Positions 10,316-20,370 of a stretch of 64,000 nucleotides of DNA are shown in pieces (positions within the stretch are counted from its first letter, which is position 1; every line of letters begins with the position of its first letter). Source of the stretch: Escherichia phage ECML-123-2; the sequence record OL631480; one strand, 5' to 3'. The translations under genes and the position numbers were made by a program. A model generated the notes under the pieces. That model had not been told where the DNA came from. It made no database searches and saw nothing but the letters and a program-made list of their open reading frames with translations.

Positions 10316-10653
10316 TCACAAGATGTAGATGAACAACTAGAATCACAAGAACTTCCACATGAATCACCTGCCCATACGTGAACAGGAACATTTGTATCAT
10401 ATGAATCAGAACTAGACTGTGTTTTCTGTGCATTAGATGATGTAGTAGGTGTTGACCAGCGCCAAGGATTTTTATAATATTCTTGGGCTTCTTCATAAGT
10501 CATAGTAACTGCTTCTACTGTTCCATCTCCCATATAAACATACTCAACTACAGTTAAAGGAAGGTAGTCATTTGAAATAGGAACTACACCTTCTCCGGGA
10601 GTTGTAGAGAAAAAATCTGTAAAGAAACTTTTAAACCAATTAAAGATAAACAT
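10312..10653 (-). CDS. hypothetical protein with hydrophobic N-terminus and Cys/Ser-rich C-terminal tail
   Basis: 113-aa ORF ending ...[18 protein letters not shown]. Confidence 0.55.
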   Translation of the reverse strand: MFIFNWFKSFFTDFFSTTPGEGVVPISNDYLPLTVVEYVYMGDGTVEAVTMTYEEAQEYYKNPWRWSTPTTSSNAQKTQSSSDSYDTNVPVHVWAGDSCGSSCDSSCSSTSCD

Positions 10654-10859
10654 TACAAAAAGCCTTTCTTGAATTCGACTTGCTTCTCACCATAATCATA
10701 TCGAATTTCTGCATTAAATTCGACAGAACCATCTGCGTACATCATAAATGAATGCACAACAACTTCTGTAGACCATGGTTGTAGTTCATATTTCTTCATT
10801 ACGTGTCGTGAAATGATAATATCTAAATCTTCATTCGGTTTAATCCAACGATTTAACAT
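10653..10859 (-). CDS. hypothetical protein
   Basis: 68-aa ORF with upstream SD and early promoter. Confidence 0.5.
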   Translation of the reverse strand: MLNRWIKPNEDLDIIISRHVMKKYELQPWSTEVVVHSFMMYADGSVEFNAEIRYDYGEKQVEFKKGFL

Positions 10860-10885
10860 AGCGCTCTCCTCTATAAGATAATTCT

Positions 10886-10915
10886 ATTATACCATACTCA
10901 TTTTGGAAAGTAAAC
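10886..10915 (-). promoter_or_regulatory. T4-type early promoter
   Basis: minus GTTTACtttccaaaatgagtatggTATAAT. Confidence 0.5.
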
Positions 10916-10924
10916 CATTTAAAT

Positions 10925-10950
10925 GAAAAAAGGACTCCCGAAGGAGTCCT
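10925..10950 (-). terminator. rho-independent terminator after soc
   Basis: minus ggactccUUCGggagtcc followed by a T-run. Confidence 0.6.
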
Positions 10951-10957
10951 TGAATTA

Positions 10958-11203
10958 TTAACCACCAGTTACTTTCCACAAATCTTCGTTTGCAGCAATC
11001 CATTCAGTACGCTGATTTTCTTCATATACAGTAGTATATGCTGCTTTTTCTGAAGGGAACGTCTGGTAATGAGCACCAGAAATTTTGTGAACGTCAGAAT
11101 AAAGAGGGAAAGCTACTGAAATTTCCTTTCCTTCAATTTTCTTATTTCCATCTAATTTCTGCTCAAATGTTTTGATATTAACATAACCGCGAGTACTAGC
11201 CAT
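10958..11203 (-). CDS. soc: small outer capsid protein Soc
   Basis: MASTRGYVNIKTFEQKLDGNKKIEGKEISVAFPLYSDVHK... matches recalled T4 Soc. Confidence 0.93.
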   Translation of the reverse strand: MASTRGYVNIKTFEQKLDGNKKIEGKEISVAFPLYSDVHKISGAHYQTFPSEKAAYTTVYEENQRTEWIAANEDLWKVTGG

Positions 11204-11271
11204 GTAATTCTCCTTTTATTTAAATTACATGATTATTTATAATAAATTCTCGCGGCTTTTAAGACGAGCTG

Positions 11272-11790
11272 TTAATAACCTCGGTCTTGACGAGCGAAAT
11301 TTTCAGCATTTTTCAGATAATAAAGTTTAAAGATTTCTTCTGCTGTAAGACCAAGACCTTGAAACATGTTCAGAACAAAATGGAGAATATCAATCATTTC
11401 GAATTTGATTTCTAACTGGTCCTGTGGAGACAAATCAGTAATCAGAGTTTCACGACGTTCACCATGCTGCGACTTCCAAGGCTTCCATACAGCAGATGCA
11501 TCTTTTTCACCATTGCTCATACCACCAAGAGAAGTCAGAAGTTCGCGGAATTCATCATCAATATAATCTTTCTGATTACGCAGCCAATCAACAACTTCAC
11601 CTGCAGTAGCCAAATCATCAGGATGACGGTTATATTCAGGTTTATCTTTAGCTAAACGAATCTGCAGAGATTTCTGCATGTCAAGCATTACCTGCAGCGG
11701 GTCTTTTTCATCACCGAGAATATCCCAATATTCATTTTGAGCTTTATCAGCGCCTTCGATCAGTTGACTACATTCGTTAAAGTAAGCCAT
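11272..11790 (-). CDS. 56: dCTP pyrophosphatase gp56 (MazG-like)
   Basis: MAYFNECSQLIEGADKAQNEYWDILGDEKDPLQ...; first ATG at 11790 has SD aaggaaa; track start is TTG. Confidence 0.85.
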   Translation of the reverse strand: MAYFNECSQLIEGADKAQNEYWDILGDEKDPLQVMLDMQKSLQIRLAKDKPEYNRHPDDLATAGEVVDWLRNQKDYIDDEFRELLTSLGGMSNGEKDASAVWKPWKSQHGERRETLITDLSPQDQLEIKFEMIDILHFVLNMFQGLGLTAEEIFKLYYLKNAENFARQDRGY

Positions 11791-11850
11791 TATTTTTCCT
11801 TTCAATTCATTAATAAGTTAAATAATTATACCATTTGAATATATAAGCAA

Positions 11851-12639
<789 letters not shown>

Positions 12640-12740
12640 TCATTTATTGCAGCAAAAATGAATTATACAATTCTTCATCATATGTATTTGATAGTAATAC
12701 TAACACGTTTTGCGATAAATATTAATTTAAAGGAGGACAT

Positions 12741-12941
12741 ATGGTACAAAAATTAATGGCACTTGTTAATGCCATAAAAGGTAATAAAAAACGTATAGCT
12801 TTTACTATTTCTGCTATGATAGGAATTTTACTTTGGAATTTTGTTTTATCGCCAGTTGCTATTGCTCATGGCGTTAGTATTCCAGTAGTTACTCTTGATA
12901 CATTCGTAGATTTAGCATTTGCTTTGGTTGGGTTAATTTAA
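12741..12941 (+). CDS. small hydrophobic protein on the plus strand
   Basis: 66-aa ORF with textbook SD aaaggaggacatATG; two predicted TM segments; convergent with gene 61. Confidence 0.5.
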   Translation: MVQKLMALVNAIKGNKKRIAFTISAMIGILLWNFVLSPVAIAHGVSIPVVTLDTFVDLAFALVGLI

Positions 12942-13966
12942 ATCTTGGCATATTTAGATAGCCTCATTTTAGCCATTAACCCCTGGGCAATATTATTTTT
13001 CATATATTCCATAATTTGTTCAGGGGTTGCACCTTCCTTTCTAATCATATCATTGACATCTTTTGATTTCCAGGGAGATTTATCCCAAAACATAACCCTT
13101 TCTCCTGCATCAACTAATTTAGTCATTCGCTTAATAGTGTCAGGGTGACGAGGTTCATTATCTAAAACCCACACTCGTCTATCTTTAAATGGAACAACTT
13201 CTAGGTCTAATTGACCACCTGTAATAGCTATACCATTTTCAATAAAAAGTGAATCTATAGGTCCTTCTAGAACATATACATCACCATCTTTAACTCGTTC
13301 AACACCGTAAATTTTTGTTGCCTCAGGATAAGCTTTAATGGTGATATATTTTTGAGGAGCATCTTTCTTTAATGCACGTCCTTGAAAAGACTCAGCTTTT
13401 CCGTTAGCATTATAAATTGGAATAACAAGACGAGGCTCAGGTGTTTCCTTTTTATATGTTCCTGGAGCTATACTATTAACTAATTTAGGCCATTCAGTTG
13501 TAAACCAAAGATATTTCCATTTATCCTTTGGAATACAACGAGCTTTTACATATTTTATAATTGGATGGTCTTCCGCCAATTTATCTAATCTGATGCATGA
13601 CGGAAGAGATTTAATTATTTTCTTCTCAGGTTGTTTAGGAAGTTCTTTAGGTTTTTCTACTGGACGACTTTTACCTTTTTCTTTTCTTATTTCAAAGATA
13701 TACTCACGATATAAATCAGGTTCAAACTCCTTTAAATATATTCCGATTGGTGCATGGTAGTTACAGTTATAACAATGAATATTTCCTTCATTATTATCGC
13801 CATAATACCATCCACGGGCTTTATTTTGATCGGTTTTTGAATCTCCACAAACGGGACATCTAAACCGTAATTTAAAAGTTGAACTATTATTTACTTGTGC
13901 GAATTTAGGTAAATGAGCCAATGCACGGTATGCAAACTCATTATCAATCCAAGGTATTGATGACAT
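12938..13966 (-). CDS. 61: DNA primase gp61
   Basis: 342 aa with zinc-binding CPVCGDS...CYNC and primase core; same size as T4 gp61. Confidence 0.92.
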   Translation of the reverse strand: MSSIPWIDNEFAYRALAHLPKFAQVNNSSTFKLRFRCPVCGDSKTDQNKARGWYYGDNNEGNIHCYNCNYHAPIGIYLKEFEPDLYREYIFEIRKEKGKSRPVEKPKELPKQPEKKIIKSLPSCIRLDKLAEDHPIIKYVKARCIPKDKWKYLWFTTEWPKLVNSIAPGTYKKETPEPRLVIPIYNANGKAESFQGRALKKDAPQKYITIKAYPEATKIYGVERVKDGDVYVLEGPIDSLFIENGIAITGGQLDLEVVPFKDRRVWVLDNEPRHPDTIKRMTKLVDAGERVMFWDKSPWKSKDVNDMIRKEGATPEQIMEYMKNNIAQGLMAKMRLSKYAKI

Positions 13967-13968
13967 TT

Positions 13969-14133
13969 TTACTCTTCTTTTTCTTTAGATTCCTCTTTTT
14001 TCTTTTTAGGAATCTGTTCAGGACCTTTATTTACTACAGCACCTGACGTTGTTCCAGTGGAGATATTTTCAGGATTACCACCTGAATCTCCAGCTACCAT
14101 ATCTTCTTTAATAAATTCTTTATATGTTTTCAT
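13969..14133 (-). CDS. small protein (54 aa) at the 61.1 position, not in ORF track
   Basis: MKTYKEFIKEDMVAGDSGG...KKKKEESKEKEE; start overlaps the gene 61 region. Confidence 0.4.
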   Translation of the reverse strand: MKTYKEFIKEDMVAGDSGGNPENISTGTTSGAVVNKGPEQIPKKKKEESKEKEE

Positions 14134-14134
14134 A

Positions 14135-14761
14135 TTAACCTCTATTCATAAAAGCATTAAAAATTTGGTCATCAATAGAAACATCTACTTTAGACTGTTT
14201 TTCTGATGGTAATTCATATCCACATATTACAATTTTGTGATCAATATCAAAATACACAGAAGCAATATGATTAATGATGTTTTCAGTAAAGTCTAAATCA
14301 ACATCAATATCTTTTTGACCACAGCCCAAAGGATAAATAATGCGAGTAATTCGATTATCTTTAACAAAGATTCCACCGACATACTCTGTGCTGCGTTTAA
14401 AGTCTACACGCCGACGAAATGAAAAATATTCAGGCTCTTTATGAGCTCGGCTCATAGGGCACAACGAATAACTAGAATAAGAGATGTCAAATCCTACGCC
14501 TTCAATATGAACTAAATTGTCATGATTAAACCAATTATAATCATATGCCAAGTCCATTAGATTGTCATATGTGAAAGGCACCGGATTAACATCATTGGTC
14601 ACAAGCATATAATTAGCAACTGCTATAATTTCATTATTTTTAACGAATACAAACCGTGATTGATGTGAATGACCTGGACCTGCGTTTTCACGATTAATGA
14701 TATAACACTGGGCACCTTTATATTTGTACGTGTCTTTACACTTGTGCATTTGATAAAGCAT
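14135..14761 (-). CDS. hypothetical protein at the 61.2 position (the T4 gene reported as anti-DarT factor AdfA, by position only)
   Basis: 208-aa ORF, second gene after 61 towards 41. Confidence 0.6.
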   Translation of the reverse strand: MLYQMHKCKDTYKYKGAQCYIINRENAGPGHSHQSRFVFVKNNEIIAVANYMLVTNDVNPVPFTYDNLMDLAYDYNWFNHDNLVHIEGVGFDISYSSYSLCPMSRAHKEPEYFSFRRRVDFKRSTEYVGGIFVKDNRITRIIYPLGCGQKDIDVDLDFTENIINHIASVYFDIDHKIVICGYELPSEKQSKVDVSIDDQIFNAFMNRG

Positions 14762-15054
14762 TATTCACCTACCACTTCAGCGATGATATTTTTATTATTA
14801 AAGTTTTTATCGCAATACAGAACATAATTATACTGCATTACACCACCAGACTTAAGCTGTTTTTGCACTTCAGCTTTCATTTCAGGACGATCACGCTCAA
14901 CGATATTCATAATATCCGCTTCAATTTGAATTTCAACTTCAGTCTGATCTGCAGTCATAGACCATTCGCACAAATCTTTGTCATAACCCGCCATAGCAGG
15001 CTGAGCAGCGCAAGAAGATAAAGCAAAAATTGCAGCAAAGATAAATTTTTTCAT
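14761..15054 (-). CDS. secreted 97-aa protein at the 61.3 position, Spackle-like by position and size
   Basis: MKKFIFAAIFALSSCAAQPAMA signal peptide; 97 aa equals recalled T4 Sp size. Confidence 0.6.
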   Translation of the reverse strand: MKKFIFAAIFALSSCAAQPAMAGYDKDLCEWSMTADQTEVEIQIEADIMNIVERDRPEMKAEVQKQLKSGGVMQYNYVLYCDKNFNNKNIIAEVVGE

Positions 15055-15114
15055 GATAATCTCCTCAGTAGTTTATGTTTATATAGTATCTCAATTTCCA
15101 ATAAAAGTAAACAG

Positions 15115-15372
15115 TTATTTTAAAACTTCTGCATAATCACATGTTACAAACTGTTTCTCTAACTTGGCGATTTTACGAAAGTATCTTTTGCATTGACGAA
15201 TCTGTCGCTTTGTAGGGCGCACAGCAAACTTAATAAATTCCACTCGACCAAATGGAGGGCTTTCTTCTGCCGGAATATCTAATACTAATTCCCACGTATC
15301 TGCAATAAGTGCTTTGAATTGAGTATTTTTCCTGACATTATACGGAGTAGGTTTAAATAAAACGATATGCAT
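15115..15372 (-). CDS. hypothetical 85-aa protein at the 61.4 position
   Basis: internal ATG at 15372 has SD gagga; longer track ORF overlaps dmd. Confidence 0.5.
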   Translation of the reverse strand: MHIVLFKPTPYNVRKNTQFKALIADTWELVLDIPAEESPPFGRVEFIKFAVRPTKRQIRQCKRYFRKIAKLEKQFVTCDYAEVLK

Positions 15373-15373
15373 A

Positions 15374-15556
15374 TTATCCTCGGCAATCCACTTCACATAC
15401 CTTCTTGTCATCAATGAAAGCTTTAACTAGTGCTTTATTAACTTCAGCATATTGAGTAGTAGCCCATTGAACGTCATCTTTCATCATTGTGATCTCTTTA
15501 GTAAACATGCTTTCATTCTTAAACCACCCCATAAAAACTACCTTTACCAATTCCAT
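15374..15556 (-). CDS. dmd: Dmd-like antitoxin (discriminator of mRNA degradation)
   Basis: 60-aa ORF MELVKVVFMGWFKNES... directly downstream of gene 41, as T4 dmd. Confidence 0.65.
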   Translation of the reverse strand: MELVKVVFMGWFKNESMFTKEITMMKDDVQWATTQYAEVNKALVKAFIDDKKVCEVDCRG

Positions 15557-15569
15557 AACAATCTCCTCA

Positions 15570-15599
15570 TTTAACCAACAAGACTACTATACCATAGTC
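15570..15599 (-). promoter_or_regulatory. T4-type early promoter
   Basis: minus GTTTACaagctgacaagactatggTATAGT, with inverted repeat caagacta/tagtcttg around the -10. Confidence 0.5.
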
Positions 15600-15614
15600 T
15601 TGTCAGCTTGTAAA

Positions 15615-17042
15615 CTAAAATTTTAATTCATTTGCCAAAGCATCTAACTGAGCTCGAGTCGATTCGTTTCTTTGATAGCGATTCTGCTCAGCTTGTATCT
15701 GTTGTGAACCTGCTACCTCACTCACTTCAGTTGGAGTAGAATCTTGTTCAATTTCTACCCATTTCTGATTTCCTTTTTGAACACCCATCAAAAACTTATT
15801 CCATTTATTCTTATCACCATATCGTGATTTGATTTGCTTAATAAGTTGTTGTTCAGCAGCTGCTAACTCCTCGGTTTCAATGACCGCAAGCATAAAATCA
15901 GCTGTTGCTGGAAGACCGGCAGATTCTGCAATATCGCTCATGTTAACATCAGAAGAATCCCAAGCTTGTTTACCAACCTGTGCTGCAGTCCAAAGAACAG
16001 TTTCGGTTTCAACAGCAAGAGCACGTAATTCCTCTGCAATGGCTTTAACAGTTGTGTAACTATTTTCTGAGTAAACTCTAATGCGGCAAGATTTACAAAT
16101 ACCCAGATAGTCGACAATAATGATTGTTGGAACAAAATTCTTCTTGAGCTTTAATTCGTTTAAAAGCGATCGAAATGTATTAGCATCTGCTCCACCAGTA
16201 GGATACTGTTTAACTATTAAACGACCGAGAGTAGATTTCTCGCGCCATTTTTCCATTTTTCCTTTATACTCAGCGTAAGAAATATGCCCGTCATCAATGT
16301 CATCAAGAGAAACATCAAGCATATTAGCATCAATACGTTTAGCACAGACTTCTTCTGCCATTTCCATGGAGATATAAAGAACGTTATGACCAAGCTGTAA
16401 ATAATCCGCTGCTAATGAACAAAGTCCTAATGATTTACCAACGTTAACACCAGCCATTAAAACGTTCAGTGTTCCTGTCTCAGCTCCGCCTTTAGTAATT
16501 TTGTTTAGAATTCTGAGTTTAAATGGAACTTTACGAGCTTTATTCATATAAGATAGCCAGCGTGCTTCGTAGTCATCCATCCAATCATGACCAACGTAGC
16601 TATCAAATGAAATTGATAATGCTTGACGCATGATATCAGGAATAGCACCTACATCTGGCATTTTCTTATTTCGTTTTTCCGGAGGAAGCTCAGCATTAGT
16701 TTGAATTTCGATTATTTTAGACGTAGCATTAAACATCGCCCTTTGCTGAACATATTTTTCTGTTTCTTTTACTAACCAACTGTGGTCTTCTGGAGAATCG
16801 GCTAGTTTTGAAATAAGTGTTTTTACACCAGAATATTCTGTTTCAGTAAATGAACTATTTTCTAATGCAACATTTAACGCATTAATAGATGGAACGCTAT
16901 GATACTCATTAACATGAGATTTAATTAATTTGAACGTATTTTTAGCTGGACCACTTTCAAAATATTCTGAATCCATATATGGCCAAACTTTTGAAAAATA
17001 AGCTTGATCAAATATGAGATGAGAAAGAATAATTTCTACCAC
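15615..17042 (-). CDS. 41: replicative DNA helicase gp41 (DnaB family)
   Basis: 475 aa, Walker A GVNVGKS; same size as T4 gp41. Confidence 0.95.
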   Translation of the reverse strand: MVEIILSHLIFDQAYFSKVWPYMDSEYFESGPAKNTFKLIKSHVNEYHSVPSINALNVALENSSFTETEYSGVKTLISKLADSPEDHSWLVKETEKYVQQRAMFNATSKIIEIQTNAELPPEKRNKKMPDVGAIPDIMRQALSISFDSYVGHDWMDDYEARWLSYMNKARKVPFKLRILNKITKGGAETGTLNVLMAGVNVGKSLGLCSLAADYLQLGHNVLYISMEMAEEVCAKRIDANMLDVSLDDIDDGHISYAEYKGKMEKWREKSTLGRLIVKQYPTGGADANTFRSLLNELKLKKNFVPTIIIVDYLGICKSCRIRVYSENSYTTVKAIAEELRALAVETETVLWTAAQVGKQAWDSSDVNMSDIAESAGLPATADFMLAVIETEELAAAEQQLIKQIKSRYGDKNKWNKFLMGVQKGNQKWVEIEQDSTPTEVSEVAGSQQIQAEQNRYQRNESTRAQLDALANELKF

Positions 17043-17051
17043 ACTTACTCC

Positions 17052-17414
17052 TTAAAAGAATTTAAACTTTTTCTTTGACCTTTTATTAAATGCATCTTGT
17101 AGTTGCATTGTAATACATTTTTCTACATGAGGAGCTAACTCAGCTTTTCTTTCTTGGTCAAGAACAGCAAAGTCCATTACGACTTTTCCATCAACCCAAT
17201 CTAATTTTGTCACATACACAATGTGTGTAGAACCATCTTCTAGTTTAATGACAATCTCCTGGATAACATTTTCCATGGCAGATTTAATTATCTTAAGAGA
17301 TTCATTAAAAAGACGTTCTTTTCTTTCTTCTTCCCCCTCCGAAGAGGGGGATTCATCGATAATTTCTAGATCTAAGTCTAAATCATCTTTATTCATTAAA
17401 TTCTTCCATATCAC
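17052..17414 (-). CDS. 40: gp40 head vertex assembly chaperone (by position)
   Basis: 120-aa ORF between 41 and uvsX. Confidence 0.6.
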   Translation of the reverse strand: MIWKNLMNKDDLDLDLEIIDESPSSEGEEERKERLFNESLKIIKSAMENVIQEIVIKLEDGSTHIVYVTKLDWVDGKVVMDFAVLDQERKAELAPHVEKCITMQLQDAFNKRSKKKFKFF

Positions 17415-18570
17415 TTAACTGTTCGAGGTCAGTTTCTAAATCAGCAGCTGATTTACTTTTACTTTCTGGAGATTTAAATTTTTCAACCTTTGAGTTAATC
17501 AATTCATCAACTTCAGCTTCAACAATTTCATTACTATCAATAGCACCTAACTGATAAGCACGTTTAATAGCATCTCGGAATGGTTGATGCTTAAATAAAG
17601 GACCCCAGAATGTAGTGCAGTTAGTATCTTTTGCACGCCAAGATTTTTCTTCGCGAATCATCTCGCCGGTTTCTTCGTCAAGAAATTCACGAGCATACCA
17701 ACCATTCTTAGGTTTTACTACAAATCCTAATTCTAGAGCCATATCTAACAATCCAGAATAAGGATCGATACCACCGTCAAATTTAACATCAATAAAGAAT
17801 TTACTTTTTTCTTTAACGGTACGAGATTTTTCTACATTTAGAACAAATTGATACCCCTGAAGATCAGAACCATCTTTAATCTGACGTTTACCGATAATGA
17901 ATACAGTATCAGCCGAATACATTACGCCTGTACCACCTGTCATCACGGTTTTACTAAACATTTCAATTGTTTCAATTGTATGGTTAACCGCAACACACGG
18001 AATATTTTTAATGCTAAAATAAGGAGTAACGATACGGAATAATGACTTCAGTGATTTAGCACGAGTCATATCTGCCACAGATTTTTCATTCAAGGCATCT
18101 TCCGTTTCTTTCTTAGAAGCCATATTACCAATTGAGTCGATGAATACTATAACCTTTTCACCACGCTCAATAGCTTCAAGCTGATTCACCATATCAATTT
18201 TCAGCTGTTCAACTGATTGAATTGGCGTATGAATTACACGTTCCGGGTCAACTCCCATGGATCGCAAATAAGCTGGAGTAATACCAAATTCGCTATCATA
18301 GAATAGACAAACCGCGTCAGGATATTTGTTCAAATATGCCGCAACCATAGTCAAAGACATATTTGATTTAAAGTGTTTAGAAGGCCCTGCGAAAATAGTT
18401 AAACCAGACTGCATACCGCCATCAATCGCACCAGAAATAGCAATATTCAGCATTGGAATTTTTGTACGGATTACATCCTTTTCATTAAAGAATTTAGATG
18501 TAGTCAGTTCAGCAGTCATTTTAGAAGTGGAAGCTTTAATCAAACGGGATTTTAAATCTGCAATAGACAT
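17389..18570 (-). CDS. uvsX: UvsX recombinase (RecA-like)
   Basis: 393 aa with GPSKHFKS P-loop; matches recalled T4 UvsX. Confidence 0.93.
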   Translation of the reverse strand: MSIADLKSRLIKASTSKMTAELTTSKFFNEKDVIRTKIPMLNIAISGAIDGGMQSGLTIFAGPSKHFKSNMSLTMVAAYLNKYPDAVCLFYDSEFGITPAYLRSMGVDPERVIHTPIQSVEQLKIDMVNQLEAIERGEKVIVFIDSIGNMASKKETEDALNEKSVADMTRAKSLKSLFRIVTPYFSIKNIPCVAVNHTIETIEMFSKTVMTGGTGVMYSADTVFIIGKRQIKDGSDLQGYQFVLNVEKSRTVKEKSKFFIDVKFDGGIDPYSGLLDMALELGFVVKPKNGWYAREFLDEETGEMIREEKSWRAKDTNCTTFWGPLFKHQPFRDAIKRAYQLGAIDSNEIVEAEVDELINSKVEKFKSPESKSKSAADLETDLEQLSDMEEFNE

Positions 18571-18647
18571 TCATTTTTTCCATAGGCATCATTATATTTT
18601 CCTCACTGGTTAAAGATAGAGTAATTATAACACAATAAATTTAGGCA

Positions 18648-19496
18648 TTAATCAACTGCTATTGGATGAATAGCATTAAACTTATGAAATGCTTCTGATT
18701 TTTCTTTACGTGAAACGCACATGCGAAGAACCTTTAATGGCTCGTCTTCTTCACCCAACGATTTTCGTTTTTCAATATTAGAAGTTTTCCAACGAGCTTG
18801 CTCTGGAAACTCTCTATTGATTTGCTCAAGCGCTCTATTATGTTTAGAATTACTACGAATTGAACTGCACCCGCCAGGAGCTTGTGCTTTTCCAGATACA
18901 ACCAGATATTTGAACAAGGCCAAATGCGGATAACCTTGATTAATTAAATTGAGAAATGCATACATATCTTCGCACAAATCAATTTTTCCATACCCAATTT
19001 GTTCTGTCGTAAGTTTTCCAAGGTCATACCATGTATTCGTGAATCCATATGAATTTTCACGATAATTACCCCAAGATGAAGTAATTTTAAAAATTGGTAG
19101 ACGAGCATGACCGTGATAATACCCGCAATCCATGGCATCTTCAACATATTGAATCAATTCATAGAACTGTTCACGAGTTAATTGATTAATTTTATCTACG
19201 CGCCGTTTATCGTCTCTCTTTCGTATTGAACTCATACGGATAGTAGTATCATCGTCAATCATCCAGATTCGTTGACCTGCATACATATCAGTAATTGCTT
19301 TACGAGTACCGGCAATTCCATTAACATCATCAGGAATAGTTACAATTTTAGCTCTAGACCCATAGGCATCATAATAAGCTTTTTCTTCGTGTTCACGCAC
19401 TACAATATGGGGTTCATAATCAGTCGGAAACATATCAAGGGCAGAAACTGCCCCTACACGTTGATAGCTTGGAATTACGAATTGAATCATTTCCAC
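18648..19496 (-). CDS. DNA glycosyltransferase at the beta-gt locus, probably T2/T6-type beta-glucosyl-HMC alpha-glucosyltransferase
   Basis: 282 aa, shorter than and unlike 351-aa T4 beta-gt; has DxD-like MIDDDT; lies between uvsX and 42. Confidence 0.55.
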   Translation of the reverse strand: MEMIQFVIPSYQRVGAVSALDMFPTDYEPHIVVREHEEKAYYDAYGSRAKIVTIPDDVNGIAGTRKAITDMYAGQRIWMIDDDTTIRMSSIRKRDDKRRVDKINQLTREQFYELIQYVEDAMDCGYYHGHARLPIFKITSSWGNYRENSYGFTNTWYDLGKLTTEQIGYGKIDLCEDMYAFLNLINQGYPHLALFKYLVVSGKAQAPGGCSSIRSNSKHNRALEQINREFPEQARWKTSNIEKRKSLGEEDEPLKVLRMCVSRKEKSEAFHKFNAIHPIAVD

Positions 19497-20227
19497 TCAC
19501 CGTTATAATCTTTTTTCACAATATGAGTTTCGCCAGTATTCCACCAATGATCAACCAAGTAAAAATGACGAGAATATACATGAAGACTTCCAACATTCCA
19601 TATAATAGAACCTGCTTTATACTGACGAGTTGAATCGCCTGCATTCAAATCAGATACTAATTTATCTAATACGTATTTTTGCCATGCATAATCATTACGG
19701 AATCCGAAGACCACGTCATTTGAGCGCATGCTTACTACTGCATTGACTTTCTTATCACGAATCAGGTACTGTACTGTATTAGTACACATGAAATCTGACA
19801 TACCATCTTTATTGTAGTCAAATTGCATGGATGGACGAGTATAAATCATGATACCACGCCGAGAATCAGGATTTTGACCAAGTTCAGCTAAACACATATC
19901 ATACTGGGCATAGTTATCTTCTGACCAAATAGCCCAACCATAATTCGAGTTAATTTCGCCTTTAGAAGATGCTACCTGCTGCCAAATCTTTGGTGTTTCA
20001 CCTGGAATATCTTTAACAAACAAGCTCTTAGATTTATACCATTCAAGTTCGCGCTGAATGTATTCATCATTAAGAGCGCCAAAAATAAACGGTTCATCTG
20101 CTACAAATGATGCGCCAATAATTTCAATAGTTTTAACACCGGTTTTATCAACTACGAAATCTTTTTCTTTTAATGCAAGCCCCAAATGAAGACGGATTTC
20201 TTCAACTGTCATAGAGTCACTAATCAT
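19487..20227 (-). CDS. 42: dCMP hydroxymethylase gp42
   Basis: 246 aa, thymidylate-synthase-like; same size as T4 gp42. Confidence 0.95.
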   Translation of the reverse strand: MISDSMTVEEIRLHLGLALKEKDFVVDKTGVKTIEIIGASFVADEPFIFGALNDEYIQRELEWYKSKSLFVKDIPGETPKIWQQVASSKGEINSNYGWAIWSEDNYAQYDMCLAELGQNPDSRRGIMIYTRPSMQFDYNKDGMSDFMCTNTVQYLIRDKKVNAVVSMRSNDVVFGFRNDYAWQKYVLDKLVSDLNAGDSTRQYKAGSIIWNVGSLHVYSRHFYLVDHWWNTGETHIVKKDYNGEWK

Positions 20228-20344
20228 TTAAACCTCAATTGATACATTCATATTTAACTTGTAACAGTAATAAACCCCACCCTATGATAAGAGTTGGAAT
20301 CATAGCAGGAACTGTTACGCTATAGTATATACTTATTATAATCA

Positions 20345-20370
20345 TCAAGATTAAAAGCAACACTGTTATA
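20345..20370 (-). promoter_or_regulatory. MotA-dependent middle promoter candidate for gene 42
   Basis: minus TTGCTTTTA, 11 bp, TATAAT. Confidence 0.4.

Noticed and set aside
12700-12740. Late promoter TATAAATA upstream of the plus-strand ORF
   Set aside because: Sequence is gATAAATA (first T missing); not enough to call a late promoter
15829-19508. Plus-strand and alternate-frame ORFs inside gp41, uvsX and the glycosyltransferase
   Set aside because: Embedded in or antisense to strongly supported genes; no start context
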